Shown here one piece after another: positions 18,977 to 27,936 of a stretch of DNA of 64,000 bases. A program made the position numbers and the translations under genes. The notes under the pieces were generated by a model. The model saw only the letters and a list, made by a program, of their open reading frames with translations, had not been told where the DNA came from and searched no databases. The stretch spans positions 15,042-79,041 of the forward strand of contig JBCNVB010000002.1 of the NCBI GenBank assembly GCA_039630415.1. Direction: 5' to 3'. How positions within the stretch are numbered: position 1 is the first letter of the stretch; each line of letters starts with the position of its first letter. Origin of the DNA: a bacterium (lineage in GTDB: Bacteria; DRYD01).

Positions 18977-19669
18977 GTGGGAGAATTAATCAAAAAATTG
19001 GTAGAGATACAAAAAAATATTGCAAGTGGAGTGGAAATATCTAACCAATCATATCCCCTGGAATTTTTCCAAACTGTAGTTGGAATAGATCTTTCTTTTC
19101 ACAAAAATAATATCATTGTTTGTTTTACAGTATATGAATTAACAAGTAGAACCATACATTTTTTTTATAAGCTAGATAAATCGAAATTTCCTTATGTACC
19201 AACTTTTCTTGCTTTCAGGGAATTACCAGCCATAAATAAATTATATAAAAAACTTTACTCAGAGTTCCCAACTAATACGTTATTTTTCATAGATGGACAT
19301 GGTATAAGTCATCCAAGAAGAGCTGGAATAGCTACTCACTTCGGAGTTAAAAATAATCGCTACTCCATAGGTGTAGCCAAAAGACTACTATATGGAAAAA
19401 TTCAAGACCCATCATTTGCTAACAACGATCAAATTCTTCAATCCTACGTAATCGATGATAACCAATACCCTATAGCTATAGCTCTAAAAACACTTCTACT
19501 CAACAGAAAAAAAGTAATGGGTACTAAAATCCTATACATATCCGTAGGAAATAAACTCAATCTCGAAAACTCTAAAAATCTCTTCCTAGAACTCTACCAA
19601 AAACATAAAATTATACCTACAGAACTATCACACGATTATTTGCAAAATCTCAAAAAGAATATGCTATGA
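18977..19669 (+). CDS. nfi: Endonuclease V
   Basis: GIDLS, FPYVPTFLAFRELP (PYIP wedge), IDGHGISHPRRAGIATHFG, IGVAK, YISVG. Confidence 0.93.
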   Translation: MGELIKKLVEIQKNIASGVEISNQSYPLEFFQTVVGIDLSFHKNNIIVCFTVYELTSRTIHFFYKLDKSKFPYVPTFLAFRELPAINKLYKKLYSEFPTNTLFFIDGHGISHPRRAGIATHFGVKNNRYSIGVAKRLLYGKIQDPSFANNDQILQSYVIDDNQYPIAIALKTLLLNRKKVMGTKILYISVGNKLNLENSKNLFLELYQKHKIIPTELSHDYLQNLKKNML

Positions 19670-21015
19670 TTGACTACATAAGACAGATACTAAAAGTAGG
19701 CACTCCATACATGATATCCACGTTTTTCGACGCTACCTCTTTTACTTTAATGGTCTTTATCGTTTCAATTTTTCTTCCCTCTGGTAAAGAATTAGCTTCC
19801 ATAGGATCAAGCATATACATCGTATGGGTTTTATGGGCTTTCTCTACAGCTTTCTCAAGTGGTATCGTCAGCCTTACATCTAGATTCCTAGGTGACAAAG
19901 ATATCCCTAATATTGTCCATCTGTTTTTTGTAACCATAAAATATAGCTTTTTCTGGTACATATTCATCATTGTATTTTTCAACTTTTTTATCATCGATAT
20001 CGTCTTCTCCCTTCTAAAACTAGAACCACAAGTAATACAACTATCAAAAGAAGTAGTAAAATATTACTGCTACATAATAATCTTTAGTATCTTAGCTTCA
20101 ATCGTCTTTTCAATTCTTCAAGGAATAATGAAAACCAAAGAAATAATGTATATTACGATAGCTGCGGTTGCTATAGAAATATTAGTAGTGTTTTGGGGAA
20201 TAGGAAAAGTTCATCTAAGCTTACTTATCAATTTAGCCTGGCTAGGAGGCGAATTAATCAGAATCATAGCCGGTTACTACTTCCTTCACAAAGAAAAAAT
20301 AACCTTCTCAATAAACATATCAAAAGAATTAGGTAAAAGTCCTTGGGAAGATTTCAAAAGATTTTTAGAAGCACTCTACATAGGATTCCCACTTAAAATC
20401 GGAATGCTAATATTCGGAAGCGTATACTACATCATAATTAGCTATATAACAACCATAGGTCAAAAGTATGGACTAGCTGAAAAAGCAGTAGCAGCACTAA
20501 CTCTATCTCAAAGATTTGAAGTACTCATATGGATGCTAGACGCCGGACTAACAATAGCTACCTCCACACTCATCGGAAAAACCATAGGATACCAAACTTT
20601 CCAACAAAATAAAACACAAAAAATCAAACAAGTTAAAAACATACTCTACTCAGCTACTTTTCTCGGAACTATTCTCTTTTTACCCATATTTTTTCTTTTT
20701 ATCCTGTACAACCAGCAGATACTATCCATCTTCATAAAAGATGTTGAAATCGTAAATATAGGTAAAGGATATCTATTCTACACAGGATTAATGGGTATTT
20801 CTATGGTCTATAACTCAATATTCACAGGATTTTTTATAGCTATAGGTAAAACACTTCCTATAACTATATACCTCGTAATCTTCTCCCTACTTAGGATACC
20901 ATTATGTTCCATGGCTTCAAATTTTGATCACATATGGATATTCATAAACCTTACTAATTTACTCATGACTATATGTCTGTATTTTACTTACTTGTGGAAT
21001 ATTAGAAGGTTATAA
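19666..21015 (+). CDS. MATE-family efflux transporter
   Basis: About 12 TM segments in two repeats; SRFLGDKD, LQGIMKTK, TLIGKTIG, FIAIGKT. Confidence 0.85.
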   Translation: MIDYIRQILKVGTPYMISTFFDATSFTLMVFIVSIFLPSGKELASIGSSIYIVWVLWAFSTAFSSGIVSLTSRFLGDKDIPNIVHLFFVTIKYSFFWYIFIIVFFNFFIIDIVFSLLKLEPQVIQLSKEVVKYYCYIIIFSILASIVFSILQGIMKTKEIMYITIAAVAIEILVVFWGIGKVHLSLLINLAWLGGELIRIIAGYYFLHKEKITFSINISKELGKSPWEDFKRFLEALYIGFPLKIGMLIFGSVYYIIISYITTIGQKYGLAEKAVAALTLSQRFEVLIWMLDAGLTIATSTLIGKTIGYQTFQQNKTQKIKQVKNILYSATFLGTILFLPIFFLFILYNQQILSIFIKDVEIVNIGKGYLFYTGLMGISMVYNSIFTGFFIAIGKTLPITIYLVIFSLLRIPLCSMASNFDHIWIFINLTNLLMTICLYFTYLWNIRRL

Positions 21016-21021
21016 ACACAA

Positions 21022-21633
21022 ATGTGGATTTGCGGAATAGATGAAACTGGTAGGGGATCTCTTGCAGGACCACTGTGTGTCGTAGCCTTCTGCTCTAAAA
21101 ATATTCCTAGCATCCAAACCAAAGACAGTAAAAAACTATCTCCACAAAAAAGATACCACCTTTTTGAACAAATCATATCACACTGCCTAACAAATAAACA
21201 AGAAAACGTAATAGCTATAAAACTAATAGACAACGTCACAATAGACAAAATCAATATACTCAATGCTAATCTACTCGGATTCAAAATGGTTATTCAACAC
21301 GTAGAAAAGAAAATTAAACAAAAACCAGATATCATCTACATAGACGGAAATAGAAAACCAAAGGATATGGAAGATTATAACATTCAAACCATAGTTAAAG
21401 CGGACTCATTTATCAGAGTAGTACAAATAGCTTCTATAATAGCAAAGGTAATCCGCGACAGACTAATGGAAAAAATATCCAAAAAGTATCCGCTATACGG
21501 ATTTGAAATAAACAGGGGATATTATGATAAAAGACATGAAGAAAGCATCAGAAAATTTGGACCTTGCCCAATACACCGAAAGACATTTATAAAACATTTT
21601 CTACAGCAGAAATTAATTGACTACGGAAAATAA
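21022..21633 (+). CDS. rnhB: Ribonuclease HII
   Basis: GIDETGRGSLAGP, DSKKL, IDGN, ASIIAKVIRD, HRKTF. Confidence 0.96.
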   Translation: MWICGIDETGRGSLAGPLCVVAFCSKNIPSIQTKDSKKLSPQKRYHLFEQIISHCLTNKQENVIAIKLIDNVTIDKINILNANLLGFKMVIQHVEKKIKQKPDIIYIDGNRKPKDMEDYNIQTIVKADSFIRVVQIASIIAKVIRDRLMEKISKKYPLYGFEINRGYYDKRHEESIRKFGPCPIHRKTFIKHFLQQKLIDYGK

Positions 21634-21640
21634 TTAAATA

Positions 21641-21670
21641 AAAGGAGCGGGGATATACCCGCCCACCTTT
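21641..21670. terminator. Probable bidirectional terminator between convergent rnhB and ppdK
   Basis: AAAGG-A-GCGGG-gatata-CCCGC-cca-CCTTT imperfect GC-rich hairpin flanked by A/T runs. Confidence 0.55.
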
Positions 21671-21693
21671 CTAATCAATAACTTATCGATAAC

Positions 21694-24348
21694 TTATCTT
21701 GTCTCTGCAAGCTTAACTTCTTTTTTAGTATTTTTTATAGTTGCTTGGGCTGCTGCTAATCTTGCTACCGGAACCCTAAACGGAGAACAACTTACATAAT
21801 CAACCCCTATTCTTTGAGCAAAATGAATAGACTTAGGATCTCCACCATGCTCTCCACATATTCCTATTTCTAGATTATTATTTGCCTTCTTACCTTTTTG
21901 TATTGCCATTTCCATTAGCTGACCTACACCACTTTCATCAAGACTTTGGAAAGGATTAAACTCTAGAATACCATTTTCTAAATAGTATGGAATAAACTTG
22001 GATTCTGCATCGTCTCTACTATATCCAAAAGTCATTTGTGTTAAGTCATTTGTACCGAATGAGAAGAATTCTACATGTTTTGCTATTTCATCTGCTACTA
22101 AACATGCTCTCGGTACTTCTATCATCGTACCAAACTTATACGGTATATCCACTCCATTTTCTTTGAGAACTTGTTTTGCTACCTCTTCAAGCTTTTGTTT
22201 TACTACCTCTATTTCTCTTGGTAATCCTACCAGAGGAACCATTACTTGAGGATTAACTTTTACTCCCTCTTTGTAGGCCATAACTGCAGCTTCAAATATT
22301 GCTCTAACTTGCATTTCGTTTATTTCTGGATAAACTATACCTAATCTGCAACCTCTAAATCCTAGCATGGGGTTGCTTTCTTTTAGAGCTTCTGCTTTTT
22401 CTAGTATCTTTCTGTACTTTTCTGCTTCTTCTTTTAGCCCTTTTTGTTCTGCCTCTGCAATCTTTCTATTGATTATCTCTGCTTTGGGTAAGAATTCATG
22501 CAATGGAGGATCTAGCAATCTTATTGTTACTGGGTAACCTTTCATTTCTTTGAAGATATGATAAAAGTCTTCTCTTTGCATGGGTAGAAGTTTTTCTAAA
22601 GCTTTTTGTCTTTCTTCTTTATTTTCTGCTATGATCATTTCTTGCATTATAGGTAATCTATCTTCTGCCATGAACATATGCTCTGTTCTACAGAGACCTA
22701 TTCCTTTTGCACCGTACTCATATGCTCTTCTTGCATCTTCTGGAGTATCTGCATTGGCTTTCACTCCTATACTTGCTACACTATCAGCCAGTTCTAGCAA
22801 TTCGAAAAATTCTCCTGATAGTTTAGGTGGTATGAGTTTTACTTCTCCTTTGTAAACAAATCCTGTAGTACCATCTATACTAATTGTTTCCATTTCTCTT
22901 ACAACTATGTCTCCTACGGTGAAATATTTTTCTTTCAGGTTTATTGATATTTCCTCAGCTCCTACCACGGCTGGTTTACCCATTCCTCTTGCTACAACTG
23001 CAGCGTGACTAGTCATTCCTCCTCTAGCAGTTAATACACCTTGTGCTCTAGCTAATCCAGCAATATCATCTGGGTTAGTCTCTGGTCTGACTAAAATTAC
23101 TTTCTCTCCTTTATCTCCCAATTCTGCTGCTAGTTTTGAGTCAAACACTACTTTTCCAATAGCTGCACCAGGTGAAGCATTTAAACCCTTAGCTATAGGC
23201 TTTTCTTTATAATTTGGATCTACTTGAGGATGTAAAAGTTTTTCTATTTCTTCAGTAGAAACTCTCATAACAGCTTCTTCTTTTGTTATTATACCTTCTT
23301 TGTATAGATCTACTGCTATCTTAACTGCAGCTTGAGCAGTTCTTTTCCCGTTTCTAGTTTGTAGCATGTACAACTTTCCATCTTCTACTGTAAACTCCAT
23401 ATCTTGCATATCTTTGTAGTGTTTTTCTAGTTTTTCAGAAATCCTTAGCAATTGTTGATAAGTATCTGGCCATTTATCTTTCATTTCAGAAATATGATAA
23501 GGTGTTCTTATTCCAGCTACTACGTCTTCTCCTTGAGCATTCACTAAGTACTCTCCATAAAGAACTTTTTCTCCTGTTGATGGGTTTCTTGTGAAAGCTA
23601 CACCCGTTGCAGATCTATCATTTAGATTACCAAAAACCATAGCCTGAACGTTTACTGCAGTTCCCCAATCTTCAGGAATATTGTATATCCTTCTGTATTC
23701 CTTTGCTCTTTCATTGTTCCAGGAGTTAAATACAGTTTCAATCGACATTCTGAGTTGTTCGATAGGGTCTTGGGGAAGCTCTTTGTTATGCTTTTTATAC
23801 TCTGCTTCTAGAAGATCTATTATTTTTTCAAGGTCTTCTTCTGTAAGTTCTATATCTAATTTTTTGTTGTTAGCTTTTTTGTATTCATCTAGTATTTCTT
23901 CAAGAGTATGGATAGAAAGTACTGTTTTTCCAAACATTTGTAGTAGTCTTCTGTAAGAATCTAAAGCGAATCTTTTGTTAGTGAATTTGGCTAATACTGG
24001 TATGAGGGTTTTGGTTAGTCCTACGTTAAGGATAGTATCCATCATTCCTGGCATTGAAGCAGGAGCTCCAGATCTTACCGAAACTAATAATGGCATATTT
24101 TCAGTATCATTAAACTTTCTTCCTATCCTCTTTTCCAATTCTGCAATAGATTCTTTTACTTTAGGCATTAATTTTTCCATTGTTCCCTTTGGGTCAGCTA
24201 GATACATTCTACATACTTCGGTTGTTATTGTAAAGCCTGGAGGAACAGGTAGCCCCAAATTGGTCATTTCAGCTAAATTTGCTCCCTTTCCTCCTAACAA
24301 TAACCTCATGTTTGCATTTCCTTCGTCAAAGAAATATATCCATTTCAT
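21694..24348 (-). CDS. ppdK: Pyruvate, phosphate dikinase
   Basis: LLGGKGANLAEM, SVRSGA, AQGEDVVAG, GGMTSHAAVVARG (phospho-His), GLCRTEHMF, SFGTNDL, GICGEHGG. AGAGGTG RBS before ATG 24348. Confidence 0.98.
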   Translation of the reverse strand: MKWIYFFDEGNANMRLLLGGKGANLAEMTNLGLPVPPGFTITTEVCRMYLADPKGTMEKLMPKVKESIAELEKRIGRKFNDTENMPLLVSVRSGAPASMPGMMDTILNVGLTKTLIPVLAKFTNKRFALDSYRRLLQMFGKTVLSIHTLEEILDEYKKANNKKLDIELTEEDLEKIIDLLEAEYKKHNKELPQDPIEQLRMSIETVFNSWNNERAKEYRRIYNIPEDWGTAVNVQAMVFGNLNDRSATGVAFTRNPSTGEKVLYGEYLVNAQGEDVVAGIRTPYHISEMKDKWPDTYQQLLRISEKLEKHYKDMQDMEFTVEDGKLYMLQTRNGKRTAQAAVKIAVDLYKEGIITKEEAVMRVSTEEIEKLLHPQVDPNYKEKPIAKGLNASPGAAIGKVVFDSKLAAELGDKGEKVILVRPETNPDDIAGLARAQGVLTARGGMTSHAAVVARGMGKPAVVGAEEISINLKEKYFTVGDIVVREMETISIDGTTGFVYKGEVKLIPPKLSGEFFELLELADSVASIGVKANADTPEDARRAYEYGAKGIGLCRTEHMFMAEDRLPIMQEMIIAENKEERQKALEKLLPMQREDFYHIFKEMKGYPVTIRLLDPPLHEFLPKAEIINRKIAEAEQKGLKEEAEKYRKILEKAEALKESNPMLGFRGCRLGIVYPEINEMQVRAIFEAAVMAYKEGVKVNPQVMVPLVGLPREIEVVKQKLEEVAKQVLKENGVDIPYKFGTMIEVPRACLVADEIAKHVEFFSFGTNDLTQMTFGYSRDDAESKFIPYYLENGILEFNPFQSLDESGVGQLMEMAIQKGKKANNNLEIGICGEHGGDPKSIHFAQRIGVDYVSCSPFRVPVARLAAAQATIKNTKKEVKLAETR

Positions 24349-24395
24349 ACCTATTTCACCTCTTTCTTTAACTATCATTTTTTCATGTAATGAGC

Positions 24396-26204
24396 TTAAC
24401 TCGTTTGAATAATTGATCTTACTTGAGAATATAAATCATTGGTATTTTGTTCTATTTCTTCTACTACTGGTTCTAAACTCAAAATCAACTCCTCTGTTTC
24501 TTCTGGACTTACTTGGTTATTAGCTAGCAGTGATGCTTTTTCTCTTAAAAATACCAAATCATCGATTATTATATTTATTTTGTTCAGAATATCCTGAACG
24601 GTTTTATCTTTTTGGGCTTGATCTATTGACTCAATCGAAGATTTTATGTTTTCAAGTGATAAAATAGAGTTATTAGTAAGATTAATCAATATTATAGCAT
24701 ATGAGCTTACTTCTTGTGTATTTATTGCTTTAGCTAGCTTGGAATATATGTTTTTTATGCCAGTTTTTTGTTCTCTCTGAGGTTTAATTAGTTTAGAACC
24801 ACATTTTGAACAATAGTCATTTTCTGGATTTTCTTCATAACCGCACTGTATACACTTAACTTTCTCTGACTCTAACAATAGTTTTTCTAATTTTATATAC
24901 TCAGTTTTTATTTCAACTATTGTTGGCTCTATATCTGTTTCGAAATATTCTAAAACATCTATAAGATAATCCTTGTTTTGATCATGTAGATATTTGTCTA
25001 TTAGATCTAGTAGGTGTTCAAATTTTTCTCTATTTTCAATCACTTTTCTGTCTATGGGTGTAAGGAATTCTGGATCTTGATTTTCCAGCTGGCTTATGAT
25101 TGAAACTATACTATTGTGAAAGTCATGTAGTACCAATAGGCTTTGCTTTTCAGAATATACATCTTTAATCAGCGTGTAGAAATTCTCAAAAAATCCAGTA
25201 CCTTTCAACTTTTTGCTATCAATTTTTTTTGAAAGCTTTTGGAACTCTTGTGTTTTATCATGCAACCAGTACAGCATTTGTGAAAAAGTTTGATCATCTA
25301 TCTCTACTTTATCCGGATACTTTGATTCTACCTTTTGATATACATCCTCTATGTAATTCTGGATTTCTTGTATTTTGTAGTTGATTTCATTGAAAATTAA
25401 ATCTTTCATATTTTTCCTGCATAAAACAACCTTATATAACTCCTGATACCAACTTTTTGATGCATCAAAGGATGGTTTTATTCTCTTTTCATACAATTCC
25501 TTAAACGAGTTTATGTTAATCTCATTTTCATTCAGGTAGTATATATGCATGAAAAACTCAAACCATATATAGGAAGATGGAACAATCGTAAATATTCTAT
25601 CTTTACATATAATGTAGTACTCGTAATCCTGCATTCTTGTTATGATTTCTGAAAGATTCTCATCTATTTCTTTTATGTTTTGCGTCGATTTACCATTTTT
25701 AAGATAATCTAAGATTTGTAAAATTTTATGTTTTGTATCTTCTCCAATGTAATCTCCTCTTATTTTTATAAAACTCTCCAAATACGATTGAATACTTTCA
25801 GCTACTTTTTGTTTTAAAACATTATAGTCCGAATTTGATAAAATGAAAATATCTAGAGTTTTAAAATCTTTTATCTTTTCTCTGCGCATGTTATTTATCG
25901 TATCATTGATAAAAGTAAATACAGATAGAACGGTATTATAGAAATCTTGTAACTCTTCTAGTGTATACTCTGATTGCTGAAGGTAATTCTTGAAATTATC
26001 AATTATAATTGATTCGTTCTGCCTATCCTTTGAATATTTTGCGATATAGATTTCTAGTAGCTCTGAAACTATTTCATCTTCAAAGGTTATTTCTTCAAGA
26101 GGTAAATTTAGTTTTTGGAATACTATATTATTTCCTAGTTTTCTTATTAGTTGGCTTAAGTTGTAGATGCTTGAATCTAAAATTTTTTCTGCTGTTGGAA
26201 TCAT
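24396..26204 (-). CDS. Helical hypothetical protein with zinc ribbon
   Basis: 602-aa ORF with RBS; CIQCG-x8-YCSKCG zinc ribbon embedded in helical sequence. Confidence 0.75.
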   Translation of the reverse strand: MIPTAEKILDSSIYNLSQLIRKLGNNIVFQKLNLPLEEITFEDEIVSELLEIYIAKYSKDRQNESIIIDNFKNYLQQSEYTLEELQDFYNTVLSVFTFINDTINNMRREKIKDFKTLDIFILSNSDYNVLKQKVAESIQSYLESFIKIRGDYIGEDTKHKILQILDYLKNGKSTQNIKEIDENLSEIITRMQDYEYYIICKDRIFTIVPSSYIWFEFFMHIYYLNENEININSFKELYEKRIKPSFDASKSWYQELYKVVLCRKNMKDLIFNEINYKIQEIQNYIEDVYQKVESKYPDKVEIDDQTFSQMLYWLHDKTQEFQKLSKKIDSKKLKGTGFFENFYTLIKDVYSEKQSLLVLHDFHNSIVSIISQLENQDPEFLTPIDRKVIENREKFEHLLDLIDKYLHDQNKDYLIDVLEYFETDIEPTIVEIKTEYIKLEKLLLESEKVKCIQCGYEENPENDYCSKCGSKLIKPQREQKTGIKNIYSKLAKAINTQEVSSYAIILINLTNNSILSLENIKSSIESIDQAQKDKTVQDILNKINIIIDDLVFLREKASLLANNQVSPEETEELILSLEPVVEEIEQNTNDLYSQVRSIIQTS

Positions 26205-26220
26205 TATTTTATACCCCCTT

Positions 26221-26475
26221 TTATAGTAATTCTCTTACCTTTGCATATATTTCGGGGTAGTTGGATATCAAGTATTTTCTTATTTTTCTTCTTCTTGCAT
26301 ATAGTTTGAGAAGGGTTCTATGGGTTTGTTTGTCTTTACGATGTTTTTTGACATGTTCTTCTAAACTATTGATTTTTGCTGTTAGAAGTAGATATTGTAC
26401 TCCCGCTGAACCCGTATCTTTTTCATGCATTTGTATTAGCTTTATTATTTGTTCTTTTTCTTCTTTTTTTAGCAT
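26221..26475 (-). CDS. rpsO: 30S ribosomal protein S15
   Basis: HEKDTGSAGVQ, LTAKI, HVKKHRKD, RRRKIRKYL. AAGGAGG RBS. Confidence 0.95.
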   Translation of the reverse strand: MLKKEEKEQIIKLIQMHEKDTGSAGVQYLLLTAKINSLEEHVKKHRKDKQTHRTLLKLYARRRKIRKYLISNYPEIYAKVRELL

Positions 26476-26511
26476 AATTTTCCCTCCTTTAAAGATTAGG
26501 GTTATACATAA

Positions 26512-26793
26512 TTACTCTCTTTTTAGAATTGGCGGTATTTTGAAATAGTTTTGCTCTCTTACTGAGTTCTGTTCTAGAAACTCCTCAAAATTAATAGGAG
26601 GATGTGTTTGCTCAAGATATTTGGTTTCTTTTAAATGATCATGATAGTAATAGTCTTCAAATTCAAGATTTATGCTTTGTATTTTTGTGAAAAATTCGAT
26701 TATTTTTTGTATATCTTTAGTGATTATTTCTTTTTCTTGTGGATTTAAGTGTATGTGTGCTAATTCACACAGATGATCTATGTTGATGTCCAT
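26512..26793 (-). CDS. gatC: Asp/Glu-tRNA amidotransferase subunit C
   Basis: IDHLCELAHI...DIQKIIEFFTKIQSIN and C-terminal YFKIPPIL; 93 aa. Confidence 0.85.
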   Translation of the reverse strand: MDINIDHLCELAHIHLNPQEKEIITKDIQKIIEFFTKIQSINLEFEDYYYHDHLKETKYLEQTHPPINFEEFLEQNSVREQNYFKIPPILKRE

Positions 26794-26803
26794 TATGGGT
26801 TTA

Positions 26804-26890
26804 TGCCGGGGGCCGGACTCGAACCGGCACGGAGGTTTTACCTCCGGGGGATTTTAAGTCCCCTGCGTCTACCTATTCCGCCACCCCGGC
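26804..26890 (-). tRNA. tRNA-Leu(TAA), no encoded CCA
   Basis: Reverse complement GCCGGGGTGGCGGAATAGGTAGACGCAGGGGAC-TTAAAA-TCCCC, long variable arm GGAGGTAAAACCTCC, GGTTCGAGTCC, CCCCGGCA. Confidence 0.97.
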
Positions 26891-26929
26891 TACTTATGCT
26901 TATATATTCTATATGCTTTGCTACCCCTC

Positions 26930-27805
26930 CTATATCAAACTAACCACTATCGGCGTAGAACCATATGTTTCTAACACCAGCTTACTTGGAATACTCTCTT
27001 CAGGTATCTCAAAAACTATTGTACCAAAATTTATACCCATCGGCATTAGTATCTGTAAAACATAACTACTCAAACCTTCTATGTAATCATACTTCATATT
27101 CTTGTTGTCAAATAATACAAATCTTCCAGTATATAGCTGAACTTTATTGGATAAATTCTGTTGCGATACACTTATTACCACAAACTTATGTCCGTCTTGG
27201 GCATTATACATTGATTTGTAAACTTTGGTTTCTTTCAAATCACTTACTGTTACCTTGTATTCTTCGTTGAAAGCTGAACGTGGAATAAATACAACCTGGA
27301 TACTCTGTTCAGGCGTCTTTATATTCTTATCCTCACCATCTTTTGATTTTTTATTGTTTTTATCTTCTATTAAAGGTATTTGATACTTCGAATCAGTATC
27401 TTTATTTTCTTGATTCTTTTCAACTTTTACTGTAACCTTAGATTCTCTTTCCTGATTACCTGGTGGAAGTATTGTTATTGCCCTTGATAGCTGATTCCAT
27501 TTTACCTGATAACCCAAAGGAGTTAGTATTTCCTTAATGGCAAGAAGCATTTGACCTTTATAAATAGCTACTTTGGCATATATCCTTAAGTTGTCAATTA
27601 TTACTACTTTTTCTGAACTATCCCACTTTATAGGTGAACCTATTATGTATGAAAGATCTTCTTTTGATAGGTAGGAAGTGTTGTTTATTATATACGCTTG
27701 AAATCTTTCTTGGTTATACTCTAGTCTTACTTTTTGAATACTTGCTAAGCATACATAAGTCACTAAGAAGACCGATATGACAAATGATAAGAACTTTGCA
27801 AACAT
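26930..27805 (-). CDS. Secreted protein: copper-amine-oxidase-N/stalk-like domain plus DUF4352-like Ig domain
   Basis: Signal peptide; LGYQVKWNQ...ITI pattern; C-terminal KFVVISVSQQN...FVLFD...GTIVFEIPE. Confidence 0.65.
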   Translation of the reverse strand: MFAKFLSFVISVFLVTYVCLASIQKVRLEYNQERFQAYIINNTSYLSKEDLSYIIGSPIKWDSSEKVVIIDNLRIYAKVAIYKGQMLLAIKEILTPLGYQVKWNQLSRAITILPPGNQERESKVTVKVEKNQENKDTDSKYQIPLIEDKNNKKSKDGEDKNIKTPEQSIQVVFIPRSAFNEEYKVTVSDLKETKVYKSMYNAQDGHKFVVISVSQQNLSNKVQLYTGRFVLFDNKNMKYDYIEGLSSYVLQILMPMGINFGTIVFEIPEESIPSKLVLETYGSTPIVVSLI

Positions 27806-27936
27806 TTTTAAACACCCCCACCTATTTTTACCTTGTTAGTAAAATATTTCTATATCTTTTACTTTGCTACCTTCTTCCTAAAAGGAGAGTACTTTTGCGT
27901 GGAGAATAATTAAGCGATAGTGTTAGGAGGGAATAA

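Noticed and set aside
26804-26890. Group I intron in tRNA-Leu(UAA), as in cyanobacteria
   Set aside because: The anticodon loop is uninterrupted; the gene is 87 nt.
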